Shown here piece after piece: positions 9,301 to 17,744 of a DNA stretch of 64,000 nucleotides. The notes below the pieces were generated by a model, which ran no database searches, had not been told where the DNA came from, and was given only the letters and a program-made list of their open reading frames with translations. The translations under genes and the position numbers were made by a program. Origin of the DNA: Myxococcota bacterium (GTDB taxonomy: Bacteria > Myxococcota_A > UBA9160 > JAFDDA01); NCBI GenBank assembly GCA_965228475.1, contig OZ245817.1:4398264-4462263 (forward strand), given 5' to 3'. Position 1 is the stretch's first letter, and every line of letters starts with the position of its first letter.

Positions 9301-10331
9301 TGTCCCCCACGAACCGACTCCGCTCGCCCCGCGCAACGCGCCGCTCGCTTCGCACAACGCGCCGTTCGCTTCGCCGAGGAATTCCCATGCTTCACCGCAT
9401 CTCCCTGCTCGCCGTGTTCGCAGCGGCTCCGCTCGTCACCTCCCTCGCCCTGCCCGCCAGCGTCACCGCCGCTGGCCGGGAACGCGCCTCCGAACTCATC
9501 CCGGAGCTGATGGGGCGGATCCTCGAATCCCAGGAGCAGATCCGCGAGCGCGAGGGCGAGTACTCGCCGCTCATCCAGCGCTACAACGAGAAGCTCGTCG
9601 CTTCGCGCCAGGCCATCCAGGACGCCGGCTCCGACGAGGTCGCCGCCGAGGCCCTCGTCGACTACGTCGAGACCTATGCGGCCCGGCTCGAGGTCCAGGA
9701 GGAGGGGCTCGACGGGATCCGCTCCTCCCTCGTGCGCATGCGCGCCGATGCACGCGAGCTCGTGCGCGTGGCCGAGCGCTCGGGCGCCCGCGGCGAGGAA
9801 TCGCCGGACGAGCGCAAGCCGTTCTACGAAGACCAGTTCCAGGGCGTCGCCGCGGGAACCGCCGAGCTCGCCGAGCGACTCGGCCGCGAGGCGGAGATCG
9901 CCACCACGGGCTCGGTGCTCCAGGCCGCGTGGGCCGTGCACGGGGAGATGGCGATCCCCCTGCCGGAGCTCGGACCGGACAGCGCCCTCGCCTTCGCGCG
10001 ACGGGTGGAGGGGCTCTACGCCCAGTACCAGGCCCGCGCGAACCAACTGCGGACCGAACGCCGCGCGACGCGCCGGCTGCTCGACCTGCTGATCGAGCGC
10101 CAGCTCGGCCAGCGGCTCGACGCCCTGTTCGCCGGCAACGAATCCGTCGGCCTCGGCGCGCTGCTCTCCGCCGAGGGCAAGACGGAAGACTGGAACGATC
10201 TCGGCCGCGTGGTTTCGCGCGTGGTCGGCATGCCCAACTACGACGCCGATGGAGACGGACGCGACGACGCCTACGAGCGCCTCGACTTCTTCGCCCGCGG
10301 CGTCCACCGGGACGAGGAGAAGGTGCGATGA
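9300..10331 (+). CDS. Secreted coiled-coil protein of unknown function; N-terminus carries two TRRSL(R) motifs
   Basis: ATG overlaps the previous stop (TGATG). Alternative start is ATG 9387 (MLHRISLLAVFAAAPLV...VTA-AG signal peptide). The rest is Glu/Arg/Leu-rich and helical. Confidence 0.55.
   Translation: MSPTNRLRSPRATRRSLRTTRRSLRRGIPMLHRISLLAVFAAAPLVTSLALPASVTAAGRERASELIPELMGRILESQEQIREREGEYSPLIQRYNEKLVASRQAIQDAGSDEVAAEALVDYVETYAARLEVQEEGLDGIRSSLVRMRADARELVRVAERSGARGEESPDERKPFYEDQFQGVAAGTAELAERLGREAEIATTGSVLQAAWAVHGEMAIPLPELGPDSALAFARRVEGLYAQYQARANQLRTERRATRRLLDLLIERQLGQRLDALFAGNESVGLGALLSAEGKTEDWNDLGRVVSRVVGMPNYDADGDGRDDAYERLDFFARGVHRDEEKVR
9330..9371 (+). repeat. In-frame 21-nt tandem duplication (2 copies, 2 mismatches)
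   Basis: cgcgcaacgcgccgctcgctt / cgcacaacgcgccgttcgctt, encoding RATRRSL / RTTRRSL. Confidence 0.85.
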
Positions 10332-10810
10332 AGTCCTTCCAGACGAAGCTTCGGTTCTCCAAAGCGCGACGCCGTGCGCTCGGCCGCTTCACCGCGGCGG
10401 CCATGCTCGCCGGCGCGGGCCTTTTCCTCGCCGCTCCCGCCCAGGCGGACTCGTGCCGCGAGTGGCGCGTCGAGCACCACGAGTGGAAGAGCGAGGCCGT
10501 CCGCCGCTACCTCGACGGCTCGCCGGGCAAGGACCTCGACAACGCGGTCTTCGAGATGCTCCAGCGCGAGGCCTACCTGACCTCCTGCAACATGCCCGTC
10601 CGCCGGGCGCGGCAGGCGTTCGTCGGCTGGCGGCTCGTCGGGCGCGGCGCGGACGAGTACGGCCGCGCGGTGGTCGAGTCCCTGCTCGAGGAAGCGGGGA
10701 TGGACCTCACCGTGCGCAACTGGTTCGGTCCGATGCTCGGTGCTGCCGGCCCGACCGCGAGCCTCGCGGACCCCGCCTACGGCGACCCGACGGGCTCGAC
10801 CCGGCGCTAG
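10328..10810 (+). CDS. Secreted protein of unknown function
   Basis: ATGA overlap with the upstream gene. Signal peptide ...AMLAGAGLFLAAPAQA-DS. High GC3. Confidence 0.6.
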   Translation: MKSFQTKLRFSKARRRALGRFTAAAMLAGAGLFLAAPAQADSCREWRVEHHEWKSEAVRRYLDGSPGKDLDNAVFEMLQREAYLTSCNMPVRRARQAFVGWRLVGRGADEYGRAVVESLLEEAGMDLTVRNWFGPMLGAAGPTASLADPAYGDPTGSTRR

Positions 10811-10813
10811 CCG

Positions 10814-11332
10814 ATGCGCGGGACCTTCGTCGCAGCCTGTCTCGGCGTGCTCGCCGCGGCGCCGGTCGTCGCACTGGCGGTCGCCGGCGTTTCGCCCGGC
10901 GAGCTGCCGGGCGCGAGCGTCCGCGGGCTGCGCAACGAGGTCGCCTCGGTCGGCTGGGTGCTCGTCCCGCAGCTCGTGCTCGCGGTGGCGATCCTCGGCC
11001 TGGCGCTCCAGCAGGCGGTGCGCCGCGCCGCGCGGCTCGAGCGCCTGACGCCGCCGGGATGGCTCTCGCCGGCGGTCGAGTCGGCCCTGCTGCTCGGCCT
11101 GCTCGGCACGATCAGCGGCATGGTGGCCGGCTTCCTCGGAACGTCGCCGGACGCCCTCGAGCCCGGACCGCTCGTGCACGGGCTCGGCGCCGCACTGCGC
11201 AGCACCTTCGTCGGCTTCGCCATCGCCCTGGTCGGCGTCTGGCTGAAGCAGGACGAACCGAACGTCTCAAGGGAGGGGCCTCCGTTTCCGCCACACCTCT
11301 CCCCGAGCGGTCGGCCGGGGAGTCTTCCGTGA
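10814..11332 (+). CDS. MotA/TolQ/ExbB-family proton channel protein (short form, 172 aa)
   Basis: Family signature LLLGLLGTISGMVAGF followed by GLGAALRSTFVGFAIALVGVWL. Three predicted TM helices. Confidence 0.75.
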   Translation: MRGTFVAACLGVLAAAPVVALAVAGVSPGELPGASVRGLRNEVASVGWVLVPQLVLAVAILGLALQQAVRRAARLERLTPPGWLSPAVESALLLGLLGTISGMVAGFLGTSPDALEPGPLVHGLGAALRSTFVGFAIALVGVWLKQDEPNVSREGPPFPPHLSPSGRPGSLP

Positions 11333-11724
11333 GCGGAAGCTCCCCGGTCGGCTACGCGCTCTACTTCATCGACGTCCTCGCATGCCTGCTCTTCTGCATC
11401 GTGCTCACGCTGGTGGGCGCGCGTTTCTCGACGGAGACGACGGTCCTCGTCGACCTTCCGGATCTCGCGGGCTCCGCCGGCGTCGCCGCGGAACCGGATG
11501 CGCTCTCCGTGACGGTCCTCGAAGCGGACGGAACGACGCGCTTCTACCTCGAGGACGAGGCCGTGTCCTTCGAAGAGCTGCGCGAACGCCTTCGCTTCGC
11601 CGCCCCGGAGACGGTGCGCATCCGCTCCGAAGAAACGGCCCTCGCCCGGGTGATCGGGCTGGCCCATGAGTCGGGCATCGGCGACGTCGAGCTCGCCTAC
11701 GAAACGCGCGGAGGATCCCGATGA
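11329..11724 (+). CDS. ExbD/TolR-like protein
   Basis: GTGA overlap with the ExbB-like gene. One N-terminal TM helix (YFIDVLACLLFCIVLTLV), then VLVDLP... and a periplasmic alpha/beta domain, as in ExbD. Confidence 0.65.
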   Translation: MSGSSPVGYALYFIDVLACLLFCIVLTLVGARFSTETTVLVDLPDLAGSAGVAAEPDALSVTVLEADGTTRFYLEDEAVSFEELRERLRFAAPETVRIRSEETALARVIGLAHESGIGDVELAYETRGGSR

Positions 11725-12350
11725 TTCGTTTTCTCACGACCCTCGTGATCACACTCGCCCTCGCCGTGGCCGCGGCGGCCTGGTGGACCGGTGCGGACGA
11801 TCCGGAGCCCGTCGCGATCGAAACGGGTGAGGCGAGCGCCGCGCTCGAGCCCGGTCTCACGCCGGTGGAACCCGAGGCCGCGCCGTCCGTCCCTGCCCTT
11901 CCCGAGTTGGCGAGTCCGGCGAGGACGGTCCCGGACCCGAAGCCGCCCGAGCCGGCCGCCCGCGAACTCCCGCCGATCCCGCCGATCCCGGCGCCCCACT
12001 TCGAGGCGCCTCCCGTGCGGACGCTCGCGGCCATCCCGGCGCCCGAGTTTGCGCGCCCCGAGCAGGAGCCGCCCCCCGAGGCGGCCGCCGCGCTCCCCGA
12101 AGAAACGCCGCCCGTCGAGGAAACGGAGCTTCCGACCCTTCCGGCCTTCGAGACCCCCGCGCCGGGCGAGCCCACGACCATCGAGGCGATTCTCGCCGCG
12201 AACCCGGACCTCGGACCGACCGCCGAGGAAGAGCTCGAGCAGTGGGAAGAGAGCCAGAAGACGGTCGCCCTGGGGAGCGAGCACGACCGAAGTGCCTCGC
12301 GCATCCGCCGGCTGCTCGACGTCTACGAAGGGTTGCGGGGGCGCCGCTAG
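11721..12350 (+). CDS. Single-pass membrane protein with Pro-rich spacer (TonB-like architecture, no recognisable TonB C-domain)
   Basis: ATGA overlap. TM helix FLTTLVITLALAVAAAAWW, then about 140 aa rich in P/E/A. Confidence 0.6.
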   Translation: MIRFLTTLVITLALAVAAAAWWTGADDPEPVAIETGEASAALEPGLTPVEPEAAPSVPALPELASPARTVPDPKPPEPAARELPPIPPIPAPHFEAPPVRTLAAIPAPEFARPEQEPPPEAAAALPEETPPVEETELPTLPAFETPAPGEPTTIEAILAANPDLGPTAEEELEQWEESQKTVALGSEHDRSASRIRRLLDVYEGLRGRR

Positions 12351-13474
12351 TGCCGACCGATCGCGCCATCCGCTGGGCCTGTCAGCTCGTGGTCATCGTC
12401 TGGCTCGCCACCGCCCTCGGCTGGCGCGAGCTTGCGCCGCGCGAGGTGCGCGTCGCGGTGCAGCCGACCTCGGTCGAGGCCGTCGCGCTCCCGCCAGTAC
12501 CGGCCGCCGAACCCGAGGAAGAGACCGAGGCGGAGCCCGAAAACGCCGCGGCGCCCGAACCCGCTGCCCCCGAGATCGCCGAGGCGCCCGAGCCCGAACC
12601 GGCACCGCCCGAGCCGGCCGAGGCGCCCGAACCCGAGCCCGCCCCGCCCGAAGTCGCCGAAGCGCCGGTGCCGGAGGCACTTCCCGAGCCCGAACCCGAG
12701 CCCGCCCCGGTGGACGTCGCCGAGGCCCCCGAGCCCGAGCCCATCGAAGCGGCCGAGATCCCCGAGCTCGCTGCGGCGGAGGAGCCCGAGCCCCTCGAAG
12801 CGGAGCCTGCCCCCCTCGAACCGGCCGAGCTCCCCGAGGCGGACCCGGCCCCGCTCGAGGTCGCCGAAGCCCCGGCGCCCGAACCCGCGCCTACTCTAGA
12901 AGCTCCCCTCGCCGCTCCGCCCCTCCCCCTCCAGACCGTCAGCGAGGCCGACGTCGCCCGGGGCGGAACGCTGCTCACCGGGGACGAAGGCTTCCCCGTG
13001 CTCGAGAGCCGCTACGAGGCCTTCGGGAGCTTCGGCGACTACGCCCGCGCGATGCAGGCCCTCGGAGCCCGCTTCGTCGTGGTGGAGCGCCACGCCATCC
13101 TGGGAACGATCGACCCGTGGACCCTCGAGGCCGGCACCCTGGCCGACGCCGCCGCCCTCTCTCCCCGCGCCCGCGACTACGCGGGGGAGCCCGCCCTGCT
13201 CGCCGCCAGCCGCACCGTCCGTCGCCGCCACGGGAACCGGGCCGAGATCATGATGCTCGTGCCGCGCCGCATCGACGCGGCCCTCTTCGGCGGCATCACC
13301 CGGGCCCTCGAAGCGCGGGGCCGCGCACCGGGCGCCTACCGGCAGATCCTGGCCCGGTACGAACGCGGGCCGGGCGGAAGCCTCCGCCTGCGGGTCGAGG
13401 CGGCGGTCGGCAAGGATGGCCGCAAGGAACCCCTCCCGCTGCTCTTCGACCTCTCCCGGCTCGTCCGCACCTGA
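12350..13474 (+). CDS. Single-pass membrane protein with long (Pro-Glu)-rich spacer and an unassigned C-terminal domain of about 180 aa
   Basis: GTG overlapping the previous TAG (TAGTG). TM helix WACQLVVIVWLATALGW. AEAPEPEPAPPEPA-type repeats. Globular C-terminus (GFPVLESRYEAFGSFGDYARAMQALGARFVVVE...). Confidence 0.65.
   Translation: MPTDRAIRWACQLVVIVWLATALGWRELAPREVRVAVQPTSVEAVALPPVPAAEPEEETEAEPENAAAPEPAAPEIAEAPEPEPAPPEPAEAPEPEPAPPEVAEAPVPEALPEPEPEPAPVDVAEAPEPEPIEAAEIPELAAAEEPEPLEAEPAPLEPAELPEADPAPLEVAEAPAPEPAPTLEAPLAAPPLPLQTVSEADVARGGTLLTGDEGFPVLESRYEAFGSFGDYARAMQALGARFVVVERHAILGTIDPWTLEAGTLADAAALSPRARDYAGEPALLAASRTVRRRHGNRAEIMMLVPRRIDAALFGGITRALEARGRAPGAYRQILARYERGPGGSLRLRVEAAVGKDGRKEPLPLLFDLSRLVRT
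12488..12931 (+). repeat. Coding low-complexity Pro/Glu/Ala repeat, including two tandem 39-nt units at about 12581..12658
   Basis: gaggcgcccgagcccgaaccggcaccgcccgagccggcc / gaggcgcccgaacccgagcccgccccgcccgaagtcgcc encode EAPEPEPAPPEPA / EAPEPEPAPPEVA. Confidence 0.8.
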
Positions 13475-13572
13475 GGCCCCGCCGGGTTCGCATCCGCGAT
13501 GCCGGCGAGCTGCGCTTCCCCCCGGAGGCCGCTCGGTGTTAGTTTGGGCCCCTACCGTTTCAGGGGGTCCCC

Positions 13573-15369
13573 ATGGCAGCGTTCAACGGCACCGAGCAGG
13601 TCAGAAAGGTCGACAACTTCATCCAGGCCTTCCACATCATGTCCGAGGCCGTGCCCGAACGAGAGGCCCTGCGCACGTCGGACGGTCAGTCCTCGCTCTC
13701 CTGGGGCGAGGTGCGGCAGCGGGTCGACGCCATCGCCGGCGGGCTCGCGAAGCTCGGCGTCGCGCGCGGCGAGACCGTCGCCCTGATGCTCTCGAACCGG
13801 CCCGAGTTCCACCTGTGCGATCTCGCCACCATGAGTGCCGGCGGAACGCCCTTCTCGATCTACCAGACGCTCCCGCCGGAATCGATCGAGTACGTCGTGG
13901 GCGATGCGGGCGCGCGCGTCGCGATCATCGAGCGCGCCTTCTTCGAGAACTTCATGAAGGCGCGCCAGAACCTCCGGGACCTCGAGCACGTGATCGTGAT
14001 CGACGGCGAGGGCGAAGGCGGCACCCTCACGCTCACCGAGATCGAAGGTTCGAACCCCGGCTTCGACACCGCCGCCAGCGCTGCGGGCATCGGCGCCGAG
14101 GACCTCCTCACGCTGATCTACACCTCGGGCACCACGGGCCCGCCGAAGGGCGTGCAGCTCACCCACGCGAACCTGCTCGCCGGCGTGCGGATCCTCGACC
14201 AGGTGATCAACATCCCGGACGGCGCGCGCGTCATCTCCTGGCTGCCGACGGCCCACATCGCGGAGCGCGCCGCCAACTACTACATCCCGCTCGTCTTCGG
14301 GGCGACCATCACCACCCTCGACGACCCGCGCAGCATCATCAAGGTGCTGCCCGAGGTGAAGCCGAACTTCTTCTTCGCCGTGCCGCGCATCTGGGAAAAG
14401 ATGAAGGCCGGCATCGAAGCCCAGCTCGAGCAGCTGCCGGAGGAGACGGCCGCGCTCGCGAAGAAGGCCATCGAGGCCGGCATCCAGAAGGTCCGCCTCG
14501 AACAGGCCGGGCAGGAGGTTCCGGCGGAGCTCGCCGCGGTCTGCGAGCGCGCGGACGGTGAGCTCTTCGCGCGGCTCCGGGCGCTCCTCGGACTCGAGGA
14601 AGCCCGCGCCATCAACACGGGCGCCGCGCCGACGCCCGTCGAGGTGCTCGAGTTCTTCCACGCGATCGGGCTCGAGCTCGCGGAACTCTGGGGCATGTCG
14701 GAGACCTGCGGCGCCGGTACGACGAACCCGCCCGGCAAGGTGCGGCTGGGAACGGTCGGCCCGCCGGCCCCCGAGATCGAGATCAAGCTCGACGGCGACG
14801 GCGAGATCCTGATCCGCGGCCCCATCCTCATGCAGGGCTACCGCAACCTCCCGGAGAAGACCGCCGAGACCTTCACCGAGGACGGCTGGCTCCGCACCGG
14901 CGACATCGGCGAGTTCGACAGCCACGGCTACCTGAAGATCGTCGACCGCAAGAAGGAGCTGATCATCAACGCCGCGGGCAAGAACATGGCGCCCATCAAC
15001 ATCGAGGGGAAGCTCAAGGGATCGAGCCCCTTCATCGGGCAGGCCTGCGCGATCGGCGATGCGCGCCCCTACAACACGGCGCTGATCGTCCTCGATGCGG
15101 ACTACGTCCCCGCCTGGGCGGCCCAGAACGGCATCGAGGAGACTACGCTGGAGGCGCTCGCGGAGAACGAGAAGATCGTGGCCGCCGTCGAGGCGGGCGT
15201 CGCCTCGGCGAACGAGAAGCTCTCCCGCGTCGAGCAGATCAAGAAGTTCCACATCGTCCGCGGCGATTGGCTGCCGGGCGGCGACGAACTCACGCCGACC
15301 ATGAAGCTCAAGCGCAAGCCGATCGCCGAGAAGTACGCCCGCGAGATCGAGGAGCTCTACGCGAAATGA
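13573..15369 (+). CDS. AMP-dependent long-chain acyl-CoA synthetase
   Basis: AMP-binding motif LIYTSGTTGPPKGV, plus GWLRTGD and ...TPTMKLKRK. Confidence 0.9.
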   Translation: MAAFNGTEQVRKVDNFIQAFHIMSEAVPEREALRTSDGQSSLSWGEVRQRVDAIAGGLAKLGVARGETVALMLSNRPEFHLCDLATMSAGGTPFSIYQTLPPESIEYVVGDAGARVAIIERAFFENFMKARQNLRDLEHVIVIDGEGEGGTLTLTEIEGSNPGFDTAASAAGIGAEDLLTLIYTSGTTGPPKGVQLTHANLLAGVRILDQVINIPDGARVISWLPTAHIAERAANYYIPLVFGATITTLDDPRSIIKVLPEVKPNFFFAVPRIWEKMKAGIEAQLEQLPEETAALAKKAIEAGIQKVRLEQAGQEVPAELAAVCERADGELFARLRALLGLEEARAINTGAAPTPVEVLEFFHAIGLELAELWGMSETCGAGTTNPPGKVRLGTVGPPAPEIEIKLDGDGEILIRGPILMQGYRNLPEKTAETFTEDGWLRTGDIGEFDSHGYLKIVDRKKELIINAAGKNMAPINIEGKLKGSSPFIGQACAIGDARPYNTALIVLDADYVPAWAAQNGIEETTLEALAENEKIVAAVEAGVASANEKLSRVEQIKKFHIVRGDWLPGGDELTPTMKLKRKPIAEKYAREIEELYAK

Positions 15370-16811
15370 CCCAGCCCCTGGATCTCGACGCCACCGCCCA
15401 GGCGGAACTCGTCCGCAGCGGTGAAGTGAAGCCCCAGGAGCTGGTGGATGCCGCCATCGAGCGCGCGGAGCGCCTCGACGAGGATCTCAACGCCGTGATC
15501 CTGCCGCGCTACGAGGAAGCGCGCGGCACGGCGGCGGGCGAGCTTCCGGACGGCCCCTTTCGCGGCGTCCCGTTCCTGCTGAAGGATCTCGGTGCGAACT
15601 TCGCCGGCTGGCCCAACCACAACGGGATGCAGGCGCTGAAGGACGCCGGCTGGACGACGCCCGTCGATTCCGTGCTGGCCGCGCGCTTCCGGGAGGCCGG
15701 CTTCGTGACGCTCGGGCGCACCAACTCGCCGGAGCTCGGGCTCGCACCGATCACCGAGCCGAGCGCCTACGGCCCGGCGCGAAACCCCTGGGACCTCGAT
15801 CACTCGCCGGGCGGCTCGAGCGGTGGCTCCTCGGCGGCGGTGGCCGCGGGAATCGTCGCGGTCGCGCACTCGAGCGACGGCGGAGGTTCGATCCGCATCC
15901 CGGCAGCGCATGCGGGCCTCGTCGGCCTGAAGCCCTCGCGCGGGCGCAACTCCTTCGGCCCGGAAGTGGGCGAGCGCTGGTTCGGCTGCTCCTGCGAGGG
16001 TGTCGTCTCGCGCACGGTGCGCGACACCGCGGCCGTGCTCGACGCCACCCACGGCCCGGCCGCGGGCGACCCCTACGGCTGCCCGCCCCCGGCTCGCTCC
16101 TATCGAGAAGAAGTCGGGGCGGCCCCCGGCCCGCTGCGCATCGGCCTGCTCGATCACGGCCCGCGCGGGGTCGACATCCACGAAGACAACGCCATCGCCG
16201 TGCGCAACGCCGCGCGCGCGCTCGAGGGCCTCGGGCACACCGTCGAGCCCTCCCATCCGAGCGTGCTCGACGATCAGGAGATCGTGCTCTCCTTCGTGAA
16301 GGTCGTGATGGCCTCGTGTGCGGCGGCCCTCGATTCCTGGGGCCAGAAGATCGGCCGTGCGATCGAGGAGAAGGACGTCGAGCCCATGACCTGGGCGATC
16401 GCCTCGCGCGGCCGCGACATCAGCGCGCCGGACCTGGCCGCCGCCGTCTCGTTCATGCACGCCGCCGGCCGGAACACCGGCGCCTGGCACGAGAGCGGCT
16501 ACGACCTGCTGCTCACGCCCACGTGCGGCCAGCCGCCGCCGCAGATCGGAGAGCTCGTCTCGCCGCCGGAGGAGCCGCTGCAGGGTTACATCCGCTCGGG
16601 GCCCTACGGCATGTTCACGTCGCCGTTCAACATGACGGGCCAGCCCGCCATCAGCCTTCCGCTGCACTGGAACGACGCCGGGCTTCCGATCGGCGTGCAG
16701 CTCGTCGCGCCGTATGCGGGGGAGGACCGGCTCCTTCGCGTCGCCGCGCAGCTGGAACAGGCCCTCCCCTGGGCCGACCGTCGGCCGACGGTCAACGCAT
16801 TCGGGACCTGA
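15366..16811 (+). CDS. Amidase (amidase-signature family)
   Basis: ATGA overlap with the ligase gene. [14 protein letters not shown] signature and [12 protein letters not shown]. Confidence 0.9.
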   Translation: MTQPLDLDATAQAELVRSGEVKPQELVDAAIERAERLDEDLNAVILPRYEEARGTAAGELPDGPFRGVPFLLKDLGANFAGWPNHNGMQALKDAGWTTPVDSVLAARFREAGFVTLGRTNSPELGLAPITEPSAYGPARNPWDLDHSPGGSSGGSSAAVAAGIVAVAHSSDGGGSIRIPAAHAGLVGLKPSRGRNSFGPEVGERWFGCSCEGVVSRTVRDTAAVLDATHGPAAGDPYGCPPPARSYREEVGAAPGPLRIGLLDHGPRGVDIHEDNAIAVRNAARALEGLGHTVEPSHPSVLDDQEIVLSFVKVVMASCAAALDSWGQKIGRAIEEKDVEPMTWAIASRGRDISAPDLAAAVSFMHAAGRNTGAWHESGYDLLLTPTCGQPPPQIGELVSPPEEPLQGYIRSGPYGMFTSPFNMTGQPAISLPLHWNDAGLPIGVQLVAPYAGEDRLLRVAAQLEQALPWADRRPTVNAFGT

Positions 16812-16849
16812 ACCCTGGGAGGTTGCAGGTCCACTCCTCCGAGAAGCGA

Positions 16850-16892
16850 CCGGCGGGGGAAAGGGTTGGACCCGCCGGCCGCTCTCGGCCGG
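16850..16892. terminator. Two adjacent GC-rich hairpins between convergent genes (possible bidirectional terminator)
   Basis: CCGGCGGG-N13-CCCGCCGG overlapping CCGGCCG-CTCT-CGGCCGG. No clear U-tract. Confidence 0.35.
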
Positions 16893-16896
16893 AGCG

Positions 16897-17487
16897 CTAG
16901 CGACGCCCCCGGCGCCAGATTCCCACCAGGGCACCGGCAACCAGCAGGGCGGCACTGGGCTCGGGCACGCTTGCGCCGCCATAGGTCCCGTCACCCCCAC
17001 CCACGGTGTAGCTGGCGTTGAGCCCGAAGTTGAAGTGCTCACCGAGGCTGATGAGTCCCGTGGGCCCGAAATCGAAGATCTCGTTGAACCCCATGCCGAT
17101 GCCATAGTGGACTTGATCGAACCCGTGCGAGAAGCTCCCGCTGGGGTTGAGCCCCGGCGGGGTGCCTCCCAGGTGGTAGACACCGGCGAAGCTGTGGAGG
17201 TATCCGTCTTCGAAGACGACGGTGCCCTCGTAGGTGAACGGACCATCGCCTGCGTTGGGCTCCTCCCGGAACGTCACGTTGAGGTCCCAACCCCAGACGC
17301 AACCCCCATAGGCGCAGGAATCGAAGGTCACTTCGCTCGCGGCGCTTGACTCGAGGATGAAGAGCGCGTTGTAGCCGACCTCCGCCTCGTTCGAGTAGAC
17401 GACGGTCAGGCTCACGGCCGAGGCCGGGGCTCCGGAGAACAACATGGCCAGGCCCAGGGCCAAGCCGGCAAGGAATCGAACAGACAT
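16897..17487 (-). CDS. PEP-CTERM sorting-domain secreted protein
   Basis: Signal peptide. C-terminal VPEPSAALLVAGALVGIWRRGRR (PEP motif, TM helix, Arg cluster). ATG behind AAGGAGG. Confidence 0.8.
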   Translation of the reverse strand: MSVRFLAGLALGLAMLFSGAPASAVSLTVVYSNEAEVGYNALFILESSAASEVTFDSCAYGGCVWGWDLNVTFREEPNAGDGPFTYEGTVVFEDGYLHSFAGVYHLGGTPPGLNPSGSFSHGFDQVHYGIGMGFNEIFDFGPTGLISLGEHFNFGLNASYTVGGGDGTYGGASVPEPSAALLVAGALVGIWRRGRR

Positions 17488-17564
17488 GAACAACAACACC
17501 TCCTTGCCCGCCGATGCGTCTAAACAGTCGAAAGGGCAATTTTAATTATACCGAGTGAACTATT
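17488..17564 (-). promoter_or_regulatory. Conserved AT-rich leader, paralogous to 19275..19345
   Basis: About 85% identity over about 52 nt with the other leader (AATAGTTCACTCGGTATAATTAAAATTGCCCTTTCG vs AATATTCCGATCGGTATATTTAAAATTGTCCTTTCG), plus an identical GGGCAAGGAGGTG at the RBS. Confidence 0.6.
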
Positions 17565-17580
17565 TGCAACCGACGTGCCA
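17565..17580 (-). promoter_or_regulatory. Sigma-54 (-24/-12) promoter
   Basis: Minus strand reads TGGCACGTCGGTTGCA, matching TGGCAC-N5-TTGCA exactly. It lies 78 nt upstream of the ATG. Confidence 0.75.
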
Positions 17581-17668
17581 TCTCGCCCCGTCGCAGGGTC
17601 CGACTCTCAAGCTGCCGGAAACAGGAAGGTTTTCACCTCGACTCGACCGCGACCTCCAGATCGCATTG

Positions 17669-17682
17669 GGAACGACGGTTCC
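17669..17682. promoter_or_regulatory. Candidate enhancer (UAS) palindrome, proximal
   Basis: GGAACGACGGTTCC (GGAAC-N4-GTTCC), about 110 nt upstream of the -12 element. Confidence 0.55.
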
Positions 17683-17699
17683 TCTCTAGCCACCAGAGA

Positions 17700-17713
17700 G
17701 GAAAAATTGTTCC
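17700..17713. promoter_or_regulatory. Candidate enhancer (UAS) palindrome, distal
   Basis: GGAAAAATTGTTCC, 31 bp centre-to-centre from the proximal site. Confidence 0.5.
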
Positions 17714-17744
17714 GTCGGTCTATTCGCATGGGGACGCCTTTCCC

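Noticed and set aside
12488-12931. Repeat-rich region considered as a possible CRISPR or other non-coding array
   Set aside because: The repeats are in frame inside a high-GC3 ORF and encode a Pro/Glu spacer. There is no repeat-spacer periodicity and there are no cas genes.
17545-17550. TATAAT (and TATATT at 19326..19331) on the minus strand as sigma-70 -10 boxes
   Set aside because: The only -35-like hexamer (TTGCAA) is 13 nt upstream, which is too close. The perfect -24/-12 match plus the upstream palindromes favour sigma-54. I keep sigma-70 as the explicit alternative hypothesis.
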